Assembly (NCBI RefSeq): GCF_964355755.1
Contig: NC_092671.1
Coordinates: forward strand, 5,456,001 to 5,520,000
Source: Antedon mediterranea
Lineage: Eukaryota; Animalia; Echinodermata
DNA: 64,000 nt
Direction of reading: 5' to 3'
The translations under genes and the position numbers were made by a program. The notes under the pieces are model-generated. The model had not been told where the DNA came from. It saw nothing but the letters and a program-made list of their open reading frames with translations, and did not search any database. This document shows, piece by piece, positions 42,759 through 55,270 of the stretch. Numbering within the stretch: position 1 is the first letter of the stretch; every line of letters starts with the position of its first letter.

Positions 42759-44286
42759 AACTAGACATGTAACTTGTCACTTTGACGAGTTAGTTATCCG
42801 CACGACAAACGCCACGTGCACGTCATACGTTAGAATATTGCACACAGAAGAAAATTATGGCATTATGACCTGAACTGAAGAATATGATATGTTGTTATTG
42901 CTGAATTCTGTTAATTTGTGTCATATAGTATATACAATATAATCTGTATACATATTACATACAGTGTAGAATAGGTGAAATTACGGGACCCCCTGTTTAT
43001 TCCTATTTTTAACATGGCAACGGTATCAAAATGAAAAACTAAGACAGCGATTTGGGAAGGAAATTATCTCGGCAACAACATATTAATGTGTAGAAGAAAT
43101 TTAAATACGTAAAATATTGATGCGCGCTCTTTTAAATGTGATGAATTATGACGCAAAAGATGAAAATACGACTTTTTTTATTTAACTGGTCATATGATGA
43201 CGTCACAACATCCGATTGGCAAAATGTTTACATAAATTCGTATCTACAATCCAATAGCTTCCAGAAAACGTTTTAATCATGATTATCACGTTTTATTCTG
43301 ACGAGCTATAACAGATTGAAATTTACTGTAAAGACGAAAATAAGTGACCCACGTTATTTACATTTTTAGACATGATGACGTCATAAAAATTAAAATATTT
43401 TTAACTCATACGAAAGATAGTTGATTGACCTAGATAATATAAAAATCGGGGTAAAAATGGAAAACAGATAATTGGAGATGCGCTCTATTAAATGCCATGC
43501 GCTATGATGAAAGATACAAAAATCCTATATTTTATATTCGCGTGGCCATACGATGACGTCACAATGTCCGGTTAGCCATATTAGTACATGATCCGATATC
43601 TACACCTCATCAACTTCAAGAATATGTCATCCACAAAAAGTTGACCGTCCAGTTTAGAAATTACGACTGTTTAAAAAAAGGCATAATTTTGACAAATTTT
43701 AACAAATTTTTTACCTTTTTCATCAAAAACCCACGTAAATTATCCAATTCGACGTGCCCGTATGACGTAATTTTAAGTCTAAATCGTTTAAAAGTTGGTA
43801 AAATTACTACAAAAGGCTGGAAAAACATAAATCACGTGAAAAAAATTGTTTTCAACGCTGCGTGCGCACGGCGCGCGTAAAAAAATGCGCACGCGTGGGA
43901 ATTTTTTACCTGCTCAAAATGACATGAAACGCGTAGAAAGTGGATTAGAAATTGATTTTTCGCGTTTTGAAATTTTAAACGCGCGTGCACGCGTAACTTC
44001 GTGTAAAACATGCCATTTTTTTTACAAAGTCAGTTAGCGCAAGATATAACTAAAACTTTTGTTAAGTTTCAATTTAAATTGTTATATGGTTTTTGATGTA
44101 TGTTAAATACGCGAAATTCGTTAAAACGCGCGTAAGTCATGTTGTGCAATTCTGACGTCATTCAAAAATAGAAAAGCACAACTTCAGGTGAATACCCATA
44201 TGTTGACAAAGTTATGAAATGTTAACTTTACACGTTTTTGAGATATGCTCTGCACAAAAATGACAGAAAGAAAGAATAATACAGAA
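42759..44286 (-). mobile_element. HINE-like subfamily C body (C8), interrupted; end at 45854-45917
   Basis: C-type start, stops at agaaagaataatacagaa, the same context that precedes the poly-A run and end in C3. Confidence 0.85.
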
Positions 44287-45853
44287 AACTAGACATGTAA
44301 CTCGTCACTTTGACGAGTTTGGTTATCCGCCGCGCAAGTGGTGAAACATTAACATTAAGGGGATAGGTTGACGACAAAAGGAAGTGTTCACGTTGGTATT
44401 ATGACCTGAACTGAAGAATATGATATGTTGTTATTGCTGAATTTTATTATTTAAATTCATATATTATAGTATACACAGTATAATCTGTATCCATATCACA
44501 TACAGTGTAGAATAGGTGAAATTACGGGACCCGCTATTTATTGCAATTTTTAACATGTTGACGGTTTTAAAATGAAACGCGAAGGTAGCAATTCCGAAAG
44601 GAAATTATCTCAGCAACAACGTATTAGCGTGTAGAAGAAATTTGAATACGTGAAATATTGATGCGCGCTCTTTTAAATGTAATGAATTATGACGCAAAAG
44701 ATGAAAATACGACCTTTTTTATTTAACTGGCCATATGATGACGTCACAACATCCGATTGGCAACATTTTTACATAATTTCGTATCTACAATCCAATAGCT
44801 TCCAGAAAAAGTTTTAATCGTGATTATCACATTTTATTCTTACGAGCTATAACAGATTAAAATTTACTGTAAAGATGAAATTGATGCCACACGTGATTTA
44901 AATTTTTAGGCATGATGACGTCAAAAAAATTAAAATATTTTTTACTCATGCGAAAGATAGTTGATTGACCCAGACAATATCAAAATCGGGGTGAAAATGG
45001 AAAACAGATAAGTGGAGATGCGCTCTATTCAATGTGATGAGCTATGACGAAAGATACAAAAATCCTAAATTGTATATTCGCGTGGCCATACGATGACGTC
45101 ACAATGTCCGGTTAGCCATATTAATACCTGATCCGATATCTACAACTCATCTACTTCCAGAATATGCCATCCATAAAAAGTTGACCGTCTAGTTTAGAAA
45201 TTACGACTGTTTAAAAAAAGGCATATTTTAAACGAATTTTTTAACCTTTTCATAACAAACGCGCGCAAATTGTCCAATTCGACGTGCTCGTATGACGTAT
45301 CTTTAAGTAGAAATTGTTTAAAATTTGGTAAAATTACTAGAAAAGGCTGGAAAAACATAAATCACGCGAAAAAAATACGTTTTCAATGCTACGTGCGCAC
45401 CGCACACGTAAAAATGTGCGCACGCGTGGGAATTTTTGACATGCTTAAAACGACATGAAACGCGTAGAAAGTTGATTAGAAATTAATTTTGCGCATTTTG
45501 AAATTTTAAATGCGCGTGCGCGCGTAACTTTGTGTAAAACACGGATTTTTTTTTCAACAGAAAGTTAGCGCATGATATAAATTAAACTTTTGCAAAGTTT
45601 CAAGTTGAAATGTTATTTGGTTGTCGAGCTATGTTAAATACGACAAAATCGTTAAATCGCGCGTAAGTCACGTTGCGCAATTGTAAACGTCATGAAAAGC
45701 TTCGCTTGACGACGTTACGTAAATGTTAATATGTTAAGATAGTTACCGAAATGTTATGTTTGCGAGTTTTAGAGAAAAGCGTTACACAAAAATCATACAG
45801 AATGATTTCGTACAATCACAAGAGGTTATCCTGCAACTTCGTTGCGGATAACC
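44287..45853 (-). mobile_element. HINE-like element, subfamily B, complete (B9)
   Basis: B-type start and B-type end, with a minimal microsatellite (cagaatgatttcg). Confidence 0.88.
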
Positions 45854-46119
45854 AAAAAAAAAAAAAGATGATGAAACAGGACAGTTACAAGGAGTTATCC
45901 GCTGAGTGCGGATAACTAAAAAAAAGATGATTTCGTACAATCACAAGAGGTTATCCTGCAACTTCGTTGCGGATAACCAATAAAAAGTTGATGATGATGA
46001 TGATGATGATTTCGTACAATCACAAGAGGTTATCCTGCAACTTCGTTGCGGATAACCAATAATAATAAAGATTTTGTACAATAACAATAGGTGATCATTT
46101 TATTCTAAATGATCACCTA
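45854..46119 (-). mobile_element. Stack of four displaced element ends (C, B, B, A)
   Basis: 45854-45917 C-type hairpin; 45918-45978 and 45979-46057 B-type hairpins; 46058-46119 A-type hairpin. Confidence 0.92.
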
Positions 46120-47660
46120 ATAAATAGTTTATTCAGCTCTATGCAGCAGAAAGAGTCCCTTAGTGAAGTAGTGTACAGTATATCATAATTAATAACTACA
46201 GTGTGACTTATACAATACTTAATCAAACTTTTTTTAATTGCATCGGACGCCATGGTGTAATATCTATGATCAATTTTTATTTGAAAGAAAAAGTATTCTT
46301 TTTTGTTTGGTGAGGTTTCACTTAAAAAGCAAAATTGAACTACAGTACATTTAGCGTAAACACGCCATCCTACCCCCATTTTCAGTAGTAAATAAAAACA
46401 AGCTCCTAATTTTGTAAATTACTTCGCTCAATGAGATCATAACATAACTATGCATCTCCGTGGGGCAATGATACCACTCTCCTAAGGTCTGAAACACCCA
46501 CCTACTCCAATTGAAAATATTCAATACTGCAGTAATTATTCCAATTTAAATATATTTTAAAACTTTTGTATGCATTACAGGAAACCAAAGGTCTAAACAG
46601 CTATTTAGATTGCATGAGCAGTATTGAATCATTATAAATGTTTGATATTAAAAACCAATTTTTCATCGACTTGTTTGAATGGTAAGCAGCTATTTCCTTT
46701 ATCATAAATTCTAATTATTTTAGCCTACATGTGAAATTAACCTCCCCAGGCCTGACATTTCCCCTTATATCATCATAGTTTTACATTCATGTTGTTTAAG
46801 GGAAGATATATGCTTTAATCTGTCAAACCTATAAATTAGTTAGAAAGCAGGCTCATGTACTATAATGCACTGTTCTCTTAATTTTTGTGCTCTAAAGGCT
46901 TTGAAACTATGCCTTGAAATGAATGTAGTTATGTAGTAGTAAGTCACAATTTTAAGTTGATACTGTACGTATAGAATACAGCATGTACAGTAATGCTCTT
47001 CTGTCTTCAAATAAACTATACTTAATTAGATTGATTGTTGAATTTTAACCAACACACCTGGGTATAACCTTCTACTCATAAAGAAAGGTTTCCTGGGTTA
47101 TACAATGTGTACACTGAACCTCCATTATTCCACTATCAGAACTAATGGACTGGGCGATCCTCGAACCTGTTCTGATTTTATGCATCTATAGTTGCAGTGA
47201 ACCTGTTATAACTGTTCGGTCACTCAACTTATCTCATAGAAGTCCTCATAGTATTTTGTATAATTTATAGACCATTAATAAATGTATTCTGATGTAACTT
47301 CTTTATCTCTTCGATATCCTGCCCCATGTGGCATTTGATTAGTCCTCCTTCATATAACAATCATTGACCAGTCAAAATATCCAATAATTTACTCTCTCAG
47401 AAATTGATATTCATCACTCCTTGAGGGATACTTGGTGTTAGAATCCGAGTACATTTGTCAAAAATATTGTTAGATGTCACTACTATACTGTTGATATCTG
47501 AACTGATGACTTTGTTTTGAATTTGATGACCAATTGATAAATCCTTTGAGCCTTGCTGAACCTGAAAAAGCTAGGGTCACATTTTCAATCATCTTCTTGC
47601 GCTTTTTATTTCATAATGACAGTACTGTACTTGATGAGTAAAGCCTTTATATATACAGTG

Positions 47661-49677
47661 TTGACAATTATTTCTATTTCTTCAAGCATTAACTGATACA
47701 TTAAAAACTGACTAAACTTGTCTGTAGCCTTCATGTACAACTAAATCACTGACAATATTTATATTTCTTCAAGCATTAACTGATACATTCAAAACTGACT
47801 AAACTTGTCTGTAGCCTTCATGTACAACTAAATCACTGACAATTATTTATATTTCTTCAAACATTAACTGATACATTCAAAACTGACTAAACTTGTCTAT
47901 AGCCTTCATGTACAACTAAATCACTGACAATTATTTATATTTCTTCAAGCATTAACTGATACATTCAAAACTGACCAAACTTGTCTATAGCCTTCATGTA
48001 CAACTAAATCACTGACAATTATTTATATTTCTTCAAACATTTAAACTGATACATTCAAAACTGACTAAACTTGTCTGTATCCTTCATGTACAACTAAATC
48101 ACTGACAATTATTTATATTTCTTCAAACATTAACTGATACATTCAAAACTGACCAAACTTGTCTGTAGCCTTCATGTACAACTAAATCACTGACAATTAT
48201 TTATATTTCTTCAAGCATTAACTGAGGCCCTGTTCAGACCCATGGCGTTAGACCGTTTTAGCGTACGACGCTAAAAGAATGTGTGTCTGAACAGTTGGGG
48301 ATTAGCGTACAACGCGTCGTACAACGGTTGTAGCGTTGTAGTGGAAAACGGTTGATAGTACCGTTTTAGCGTACGACGCTACTGTAAGTCAACGTTGTAT
48401 CCAATCAGAACGTTTCCTGTTATGACGCGATACAAGGTTTGACCTAGGCTGACATCTTGTATCATCAATGTGTGAGATGGATTTCAATAACAAAAAGGCC
48501 AGAATAAATAAGGCCTAACTACACTACAAATACAACTGTTACAAAGGCTACAAACTACTATCAACTGATTACCATTATATTTTCTAACAAATGACATAAT
48601 ACATGCACCTTGTATTTAAACAGGGACTACGATCCCATACGCTTTTAGGCCTAGACCTAGCTAGGCCTAGAGTCGATCATTCACGCATTTCATTCAAGCT
48701 AAAAACTAGCGTGGGACATCAAGTCACTCATTCATACAAGGCAGACTAGACTGGACAAGTTTAATGCTGAAAACTAACCCCCTAACTCCTAAAAAATTCA
48801 GTAAACAAACAAGGGGAGCTGTGTCCTTTTTATTAGCAAGTTAAGGGTTATTTTCAACCGACTGGAACAAAGAATATACTGTATATCTTTGACTGGACTG
48901 GATAGACTAATCACAATCAATTTTTTCTTCATCATTAGAAGGCCTGCTTTATTTTCGTAACACAAGAACCTGGGGAAAATGTTTTTAACACAAAATAAAA
49001 CAATAGAAACAGAAATTTGGCTTTACTATATTTTTCTTAAATAAATGCTGAGGTATGTTTTATTTACGGCAAATTTTGTCATAATTGTAGGGCTGAGATC
49101 TAGGCCTATATACAGAGTGGAAATAATGATGAAAACACGTGGGTAAGAGCACATGAATATGCAACTAGAAACAACCTGAATGACGTACTTCCGTTGTAAC
49201 GATAATCGTACGCTATGGGTCTGAACACCTCGTTTTTTTCTCTGCGGTTTGTAACGTGACCTTGCTAGTAACGTTGTACGCTAAAACGGTCTAACGCCAT
49301 GGGTCTGAACAGGGCCTGATACATTCAAAACTGACCAAACTTGTCTATAGCCTTCATGTACAACTAAATCACTGACAATTATTTATATTTCTTCAAGCAT
49401 TAACTGATACATTCAAAACTGACTAAACTTGTCTGTAGCCTTCATGTACAACTAAATCACTGACAATTATTTATATTTCTTCAAACATTTAAACTGATAC
49501 ATTCAAAACTGACTAAACTTGTCTGTAGCCTTCATGTACAACTAAATCAATGACAATTATTTATATTTCTTCAAACATTTAAGCTGATACATTAAAAACT
49601 GACTAAACTTGTCTGTATCCTTCATGTACAACTAAATCACTGACAATTGTTTCTATTTTATCAAGCATAAACTGATT
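47661..49677. repeat. 88-bp minisatellite (~10-11 units) split by a MITE
   Basis: Unit cattaactgatacattcaaaactgactaaacttgtctgtagccttcatgtacaactaaatcactgacaattatttatatttcttcaa(g/a) recurs at 47774, 47862, 47950 and onward, and resumes at 49317. Confidence 0.95.
48226..49316. mobile_element. PIF/Harbinger-like non-autonomous element, ~40-bp perfect TIRs, 3-bp TSD TGA
   Basis: tga|ggccctgttcagacccatggcgttagaccgttttagcgtac ... gtacgctaaaacggtctaacgccatgggtctgaacagggcc|tga. Uninterrupted minisatellite units show a single tga. Confidence 0.93.
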
Positions 49678-52600
49678 CACATTTCCGCCCCAGATACAGT
49701 ATACTATACAGGTACAACAGATTCAGTATCGCGTAATGGGATGATATATATACTTTTTTCTCTAGGCTTCAATTTTTGTTTTCTACTTTTTCAATTAAAA
49801 CGTTTATACATTAGTTATGATACAGTGTATTTAACACAAAATTCCTTGTTTCTACAGGGCCTGTTTGTGGCGATATTGAATAAATTCCCTTTCTTCCAAC
49901 AGCAAATAACTCCCCAATAAGGATAGATGAACTATATAATGTTTCTAAACCTCTAGCACTAGGTTAGGATTGAACCCGTTTTGGATTGGAAAGCAAGCAT
50001 GTTACCCCCAAGGTACTATACAGCTCCACTCAAATCATGGCATACATTACATTACTAACTGATAGTATATGCGATGAATTAAATTGTAAGTTTAACAGAA
50101 AATACTTTGTTTCCTTTTGCAAAAGGTATTTAAATTTTGTTATAACATAAAACATTCTACAATACTCTACATAATAATCCCACATAAAATAAGTTATTTA
50201 TACAACAATGTTCTATTTATTAAAAAATAAAGGAATTTTGTTGTACTGTAGGTGTCAATAAACACTGTTCTAATTTTAGAAACCCACCCACGTGGGTCAA
50301 CCCTAATTTATACATTTTGTCTAATGCTATCTGAAGAATAACTTCAATAAGGAAACTATAATTACATTTTTATTAAATGCAAACAGCTTGTTGACAAGGT
50401 AGAACAGTGAGTATCTTTGTTATTCTATAATCAGGATACAGAAAGTCTAAAAAACAGTTTTATTATACATATTTTTGTCTGTAAAGTAACAAAGATATTT
50501 ATATTCTAAAAACTAAATGAAGAATAGGGAAATAACTGTACATAAAAATATTTGGTCATGTTGGTGCTCACCAAATACCAGTTTACAAGTAAATCAACTG
50601 ATTTTTTATTTTCAGATATAATCTTTACTGAGCATTATCAGAAAATGAAATTATTATGTACAGTAAGCCTTTGTCATCATAGGCTTAATATTTAAAAAAG
50701 TATTTACTGTACTTATTTCTATCACTGTCAGTTTTTTCCAACCTTTATTTAACCTTTAATATATATTCCATCTTGGACATTGGCCAAAAATTAATCTTTA
50801 TTTTGTTAATACCAGAATATTCAGGTAAATTAATTTTAATTGGCGCCCTCTTTTGGTCATTAAAGTTTCTGTTCTATGTTCTATTATGTGCCAAAATGTT
50901 CATTAAAAATAAAGCAATTTTAACCTTCTTTTTTAAACATTTAAATGAATATGCAAGTAAATTAGACCATTCTTACTTAAAAAAGCTTAGAAATAAAACC
51001 CAGAACATAGATTAGTTATTTAAATATTGATTTAAATAGATTATTGAGGATTAGATAACTATAAGTGAGCTTGACAAGCCGGAAATCAGCGCATTCATTT
51101 AAACTAAAGCAGTAGCATTGAGGGCTTAAGTAGGCCAGGTATCTAAATGACATAGGTTATTTAGCTTTGTGTGTGGATAAGTTGGGGTATTCTGACCCGA
51201 GGACCAAGATACTTGAACCTATTTCTATTGTTATTTTTGCTTTAGTCATTTTAATGCCGACTTCATATTCCAACAGTGGCCAGTTTCTGCCAATAACGCA
51301 AAGAACTAAATTTATGAAAAAATAATGGTTAATTAAGTATTTTTATTATAAGAAGTTATTTTATATGTTTAATTAAATATAATATATAATAAAATATGTA
51401 AATTAACATACATAAGAACATGTTTTAACTTGAAAAGACAAGTTGATGATCCACCATTTCGTCAGTTTAATGGCTGTCACCCGCAGGAAGTAACGGTATG
51501 ATGTCCGCTAAATAGAGATGGGATTCGGCTGTAATTTTCTTCTTTTAAATTTTCTTTTTTTGTAATTATATTGTGTTTGATTTTTTGTTAATATCACAAA
51601 CTTGTATAAAAACAATCACTGTTGATTGAAGGAGTTGTACTGTTCATCAGTCTCATGTCTAAATATAGTTTATATGTAACAAGCAGTCATTGCCAGCCTA
51701 AGGTTCCCCTAGAATAAGAGATGATAAAAGAAACCTTAAAGCAAGTCAGTGAAAAGGAATTACATCTTACATCCTTGTCCTACTTTACCATGGGGAAGTT
51801 TGTAAATATTAATAACAAAATTGTTTACATATGGGGGAACAAACCCCCCTGGGAACATAAATGGAAGTACCAACAAACCACTTAAACCGCACATCCACAC
51901 TTCAGAGTATGAAGGTCAAACCAATACTAAACCCTATGTAATCCATTATGCCATTGACATTGACACACACACGTGCTGTGGATCACAGTGTAGTAAAATG
52001 AATTCTTTTAAACTGGGATTAAATTCATATCTTTAAAAATTGTTAAAGTTTGGGATAGGCTTGTGAAAATGGCTTTTATAGCCCCTTTCTCACAGAGATA
52101 TAAAGAAGCCATAAACATTTAGGTATGGCTGTCTACTGAAAGGGTCAGCAAACATGGCTATCACTACAAACAGACTGCCTGACAATGTACAGTAGTTTGT
52201 AGTTTAACTAGAATAAAAGCTGGAATTGCACTTATTTCGCCAGAACGAATGATCTGCTGATGTTGGGGTCTGCATATGATGTTTTAAAATTCACTTTTCA
52301 GTCCTCAATAGGCAGGTGGCTACTTTTATACACAACTTAACTTAACTGAAGTGAGTTTTATTGCTTTTTCTAATGTTTTATGTTGGTATAAAAATATCAA
52401 AAGACCGTACAAGAGGAAAAGTACATTATGAATATTTGATTGGTATTAGATTACCACTACTATCTGTGAAATTTGTGAGCCTTCTGTAAATCTTTTTTAT
52501 AGAATATATTGTACTTTAAAAGTGGTATTAAAATAATTTGATAAAGTTGTCAATAATATTGAATATGAGATTATTATAGATTACCATGAATTCCTTCCAT

Positions 52601-55105
52601 GACCCAACTAAAACTTTTGTTAAAAATATAATAGATAGATGGTTGAACGACACAATAATATTTGAAAAAATGTGATGGTTCTACTAATTGTGCGCTTAAT
52701 AATATAATAATAATTAGGTTATTTAAACACAGAAAACTTGATCACCAAAAGGTGTTTTTTTGGTCAAGGTTGTGCAAGGCCACTAAATATTACTTAACTA
52801 AAAATAAATAACTTGCACAATATCACACTTTTATTCTTAATTGATTTATTTTTGTATTTGTATAGAAAATGAAATAGTTCTATTACGGGAGTCGGTCGAT
52901 GCTTTTACCCCCAGGGTAATAAGGTTGAACGGATGAGTGCTGATATTGCTCAACCGAGTTCATGAAAAAAAAACCCTAAGGAGTAAATGTCTATTGCAAA
53001 TAAATATCAGAATTTCCTTAATCATAGAAATAAATAGCCAAACAGGCTAATACTGTATATGAGTATAGTCCCAGGGATTATATTCGAACATCTTATCCTT
53101 CAGCCGCTTATTTCAGCTTTCACCTATCCATCCATGCTGGGAACTGTGTGGGCCAGTACATGCCCTACTCAAATTATTTATTACTAAGAAGACTAGGGCA
53201 GTTACTAACCAGTTCTTATGGACACTGTAAGTACACTCTTTTCTTCATACTATTTTAATCAATATAAAATTAGGAAATATAAATATTTGCTTTAGTTATA
53301 GTTGATAATACGTAGCTAAAAGAGAACTGTATATAATGTATAGTTATAATAGTATAATGACTACACTCATTTTAATTAGGAATACCTGTTATAAAAGCAA
53401 ACCAACAGAATGGAACAGTCTAAAAATTGGTTTTACCTTGTTAACCAATGTGGTGTCTGAATAGTAACTTAGCGATTAGGCCATTGTTACTATAGGTGTT
53501 CTTGGCATTGTTAAATAAGATGCTTATGTGTGTGTGGTGGTTGTAATTTCCCCAACAAGGAAATGGTAGATCCTGCTTTCTGGAAATTCTGCATGGATAG
53601 GATGGGATTCAATGATATGTAGAAAGAGAACGTATCAGGACCTAGTGTTTGTTTCTAATCATTTTATAAGGTAAGCATATTAGTTGCAATCTTTATTCAA
53701 TAAATACTTTTTTTGTTAATAAAAATTAAATTATTTTTAATTTAACTGTAAATTTAGTAAAATAAAAATGTTCATTTTTATAAAAAGAAACCACTAACTA
53801 TACACAAATTAGTTAGTAATGCTGAATTGTTTAGAAGAAGCTGTTTTTTCTTTGAAAATAAAGTAATTATACAGTAGTAGTAGTTTTATAAATAATAATA
53901 ATTTAACCAAGATTATGATTTTTTTTATATTATACAGTTAAGTATGTTTTTACAATTTGTAATACACTCTGAAAAGTTAGTACTGTAACTGTTTTGATCA
54001 CTAGATTATTTTATGGTGTGAGTTTTTATCTTCAGATCATGATGTACATTTAATAATAATAATATATTTTAAAATATATTTGTTGAGCATTTTCAGTAGA
54101 GAAATCATTCACTAGAATTCAACAGTTATACATATAAAGATATTCATAACAGTGCTTTATAAAAATGAAACAAAATCTATACAAAACAAAAATGATTTTG
54201 TTTTTATTCATCAAGAAATTTACTTGTTTTTTCTCAAGGGTCATTTAAAATTGGCATCATCAACTGACAGTAGACACAGGAGAATGAATAAAAGTCATTT
54301 TGCAATCCGGAATGCGATATTGATTCTAAAATCATACCATTTTTTAAACATGAATATTTATAGAAAGTCATAAACATTATATGAAGTAATTTTATCGATT
54401 TGTACATTTTTAGAAATGAAATTTTTAAAGGTGATGTGCTGACTTACATTTAAAATATATGGGAATTTTTAAAGGGAAGGTGATCATGAAAACGAATATA
54501 ACTTGTCTTGCTTTTACCTGTGTATGGACTGTAAATTTTTTTTTTCTTCTCGGAAAACAAAAGTTTCACCAAAACCAAAAACCTTTCTTGAACTTCTATC
54601 GTTGGGTTATGTGTGCCAATTTCTAGGTTTGAATATCTGCAGTGTCAAAAGAGCCCTGGATAAATAAGAAATTAATTCCCCCAGTCGTTGAATGATATGC
54701 TACATTGAATAGTGTTATGTTTCCTACCAGGGTGTTATCAGTTATAAATATTCATTAATGACATTATGCAGGCAGTCTCTAGTCTTAGTTTCTTGTTAGG
54801 AAATTATGATTTGAATATACAGTACAGTATCACAAATTAGCAAGTTAAATTCTAGGCCCTCTTTTAGGTGCATGTTGCAACATTTAGAGGCTTCTTGGGG
54901 TAGGTGATAATTCAGTTTGCAGGAGGCCTTTAAAATAACATTTATATCCATGGAAAATAATTTTAAGCTCTACGCTGGACACCTTCCATGTTGCCAGTAC
55001 CTGGCTGGAATAACAAATCGTGGTAGTGGTCATCAAATGACCACCATTTGTGTTTGTCTACTGTATTAAATTCCTGAATCCTGGCGATATTGATGTATAT
55101 GCTTT

Positions 55106-55270
55106 TTTTTTTATCCTATCCAGTTCTGCCAAAAATATTGAATGGTTCCACTAGAAACAGGGCCGTTAAATTTAATTAAATGTACATTTTTTTATCCTAT
55201 CCAGTTCTGCAAAAAACATTTAATTGTTTTACTGGAAATGGGACCGTTACATTTAATTAAATCTACAATT
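55106..55270. repeat. Degenerate ~84-bp tandem duplication
   Basis: tttttatcctatccagttctgc..aaaa...ccgtta(a/c)atttaattaaat(g/c)taca occurs twice. Confidence 0.75.

Noticed and set aside
32768-45458. Repeated short ORFs (MLFGFRHMLNTRK..., MSNSTCSYDV...) as a tandem gene family
   Set aside because: They recur only because the element is repeated. Frames are broken in sister copies and there are no Rep/helicase or other motifs.
31778-46057. Simple tandem satellite or LTR/solo-LTR array
   Set aside because: Units belong to two subfamilies, four lack their ends in place, and those ends appear later in nested order. No TG..CA termini, PBS or TSD.
45802-46057. CRISPR-like array of palindromic repeats
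   Set aside because: Eukaryotic context with no cas genes; the 'spacers' are poly-A/(gat)n microsatellite and the repeats are transposon ends.
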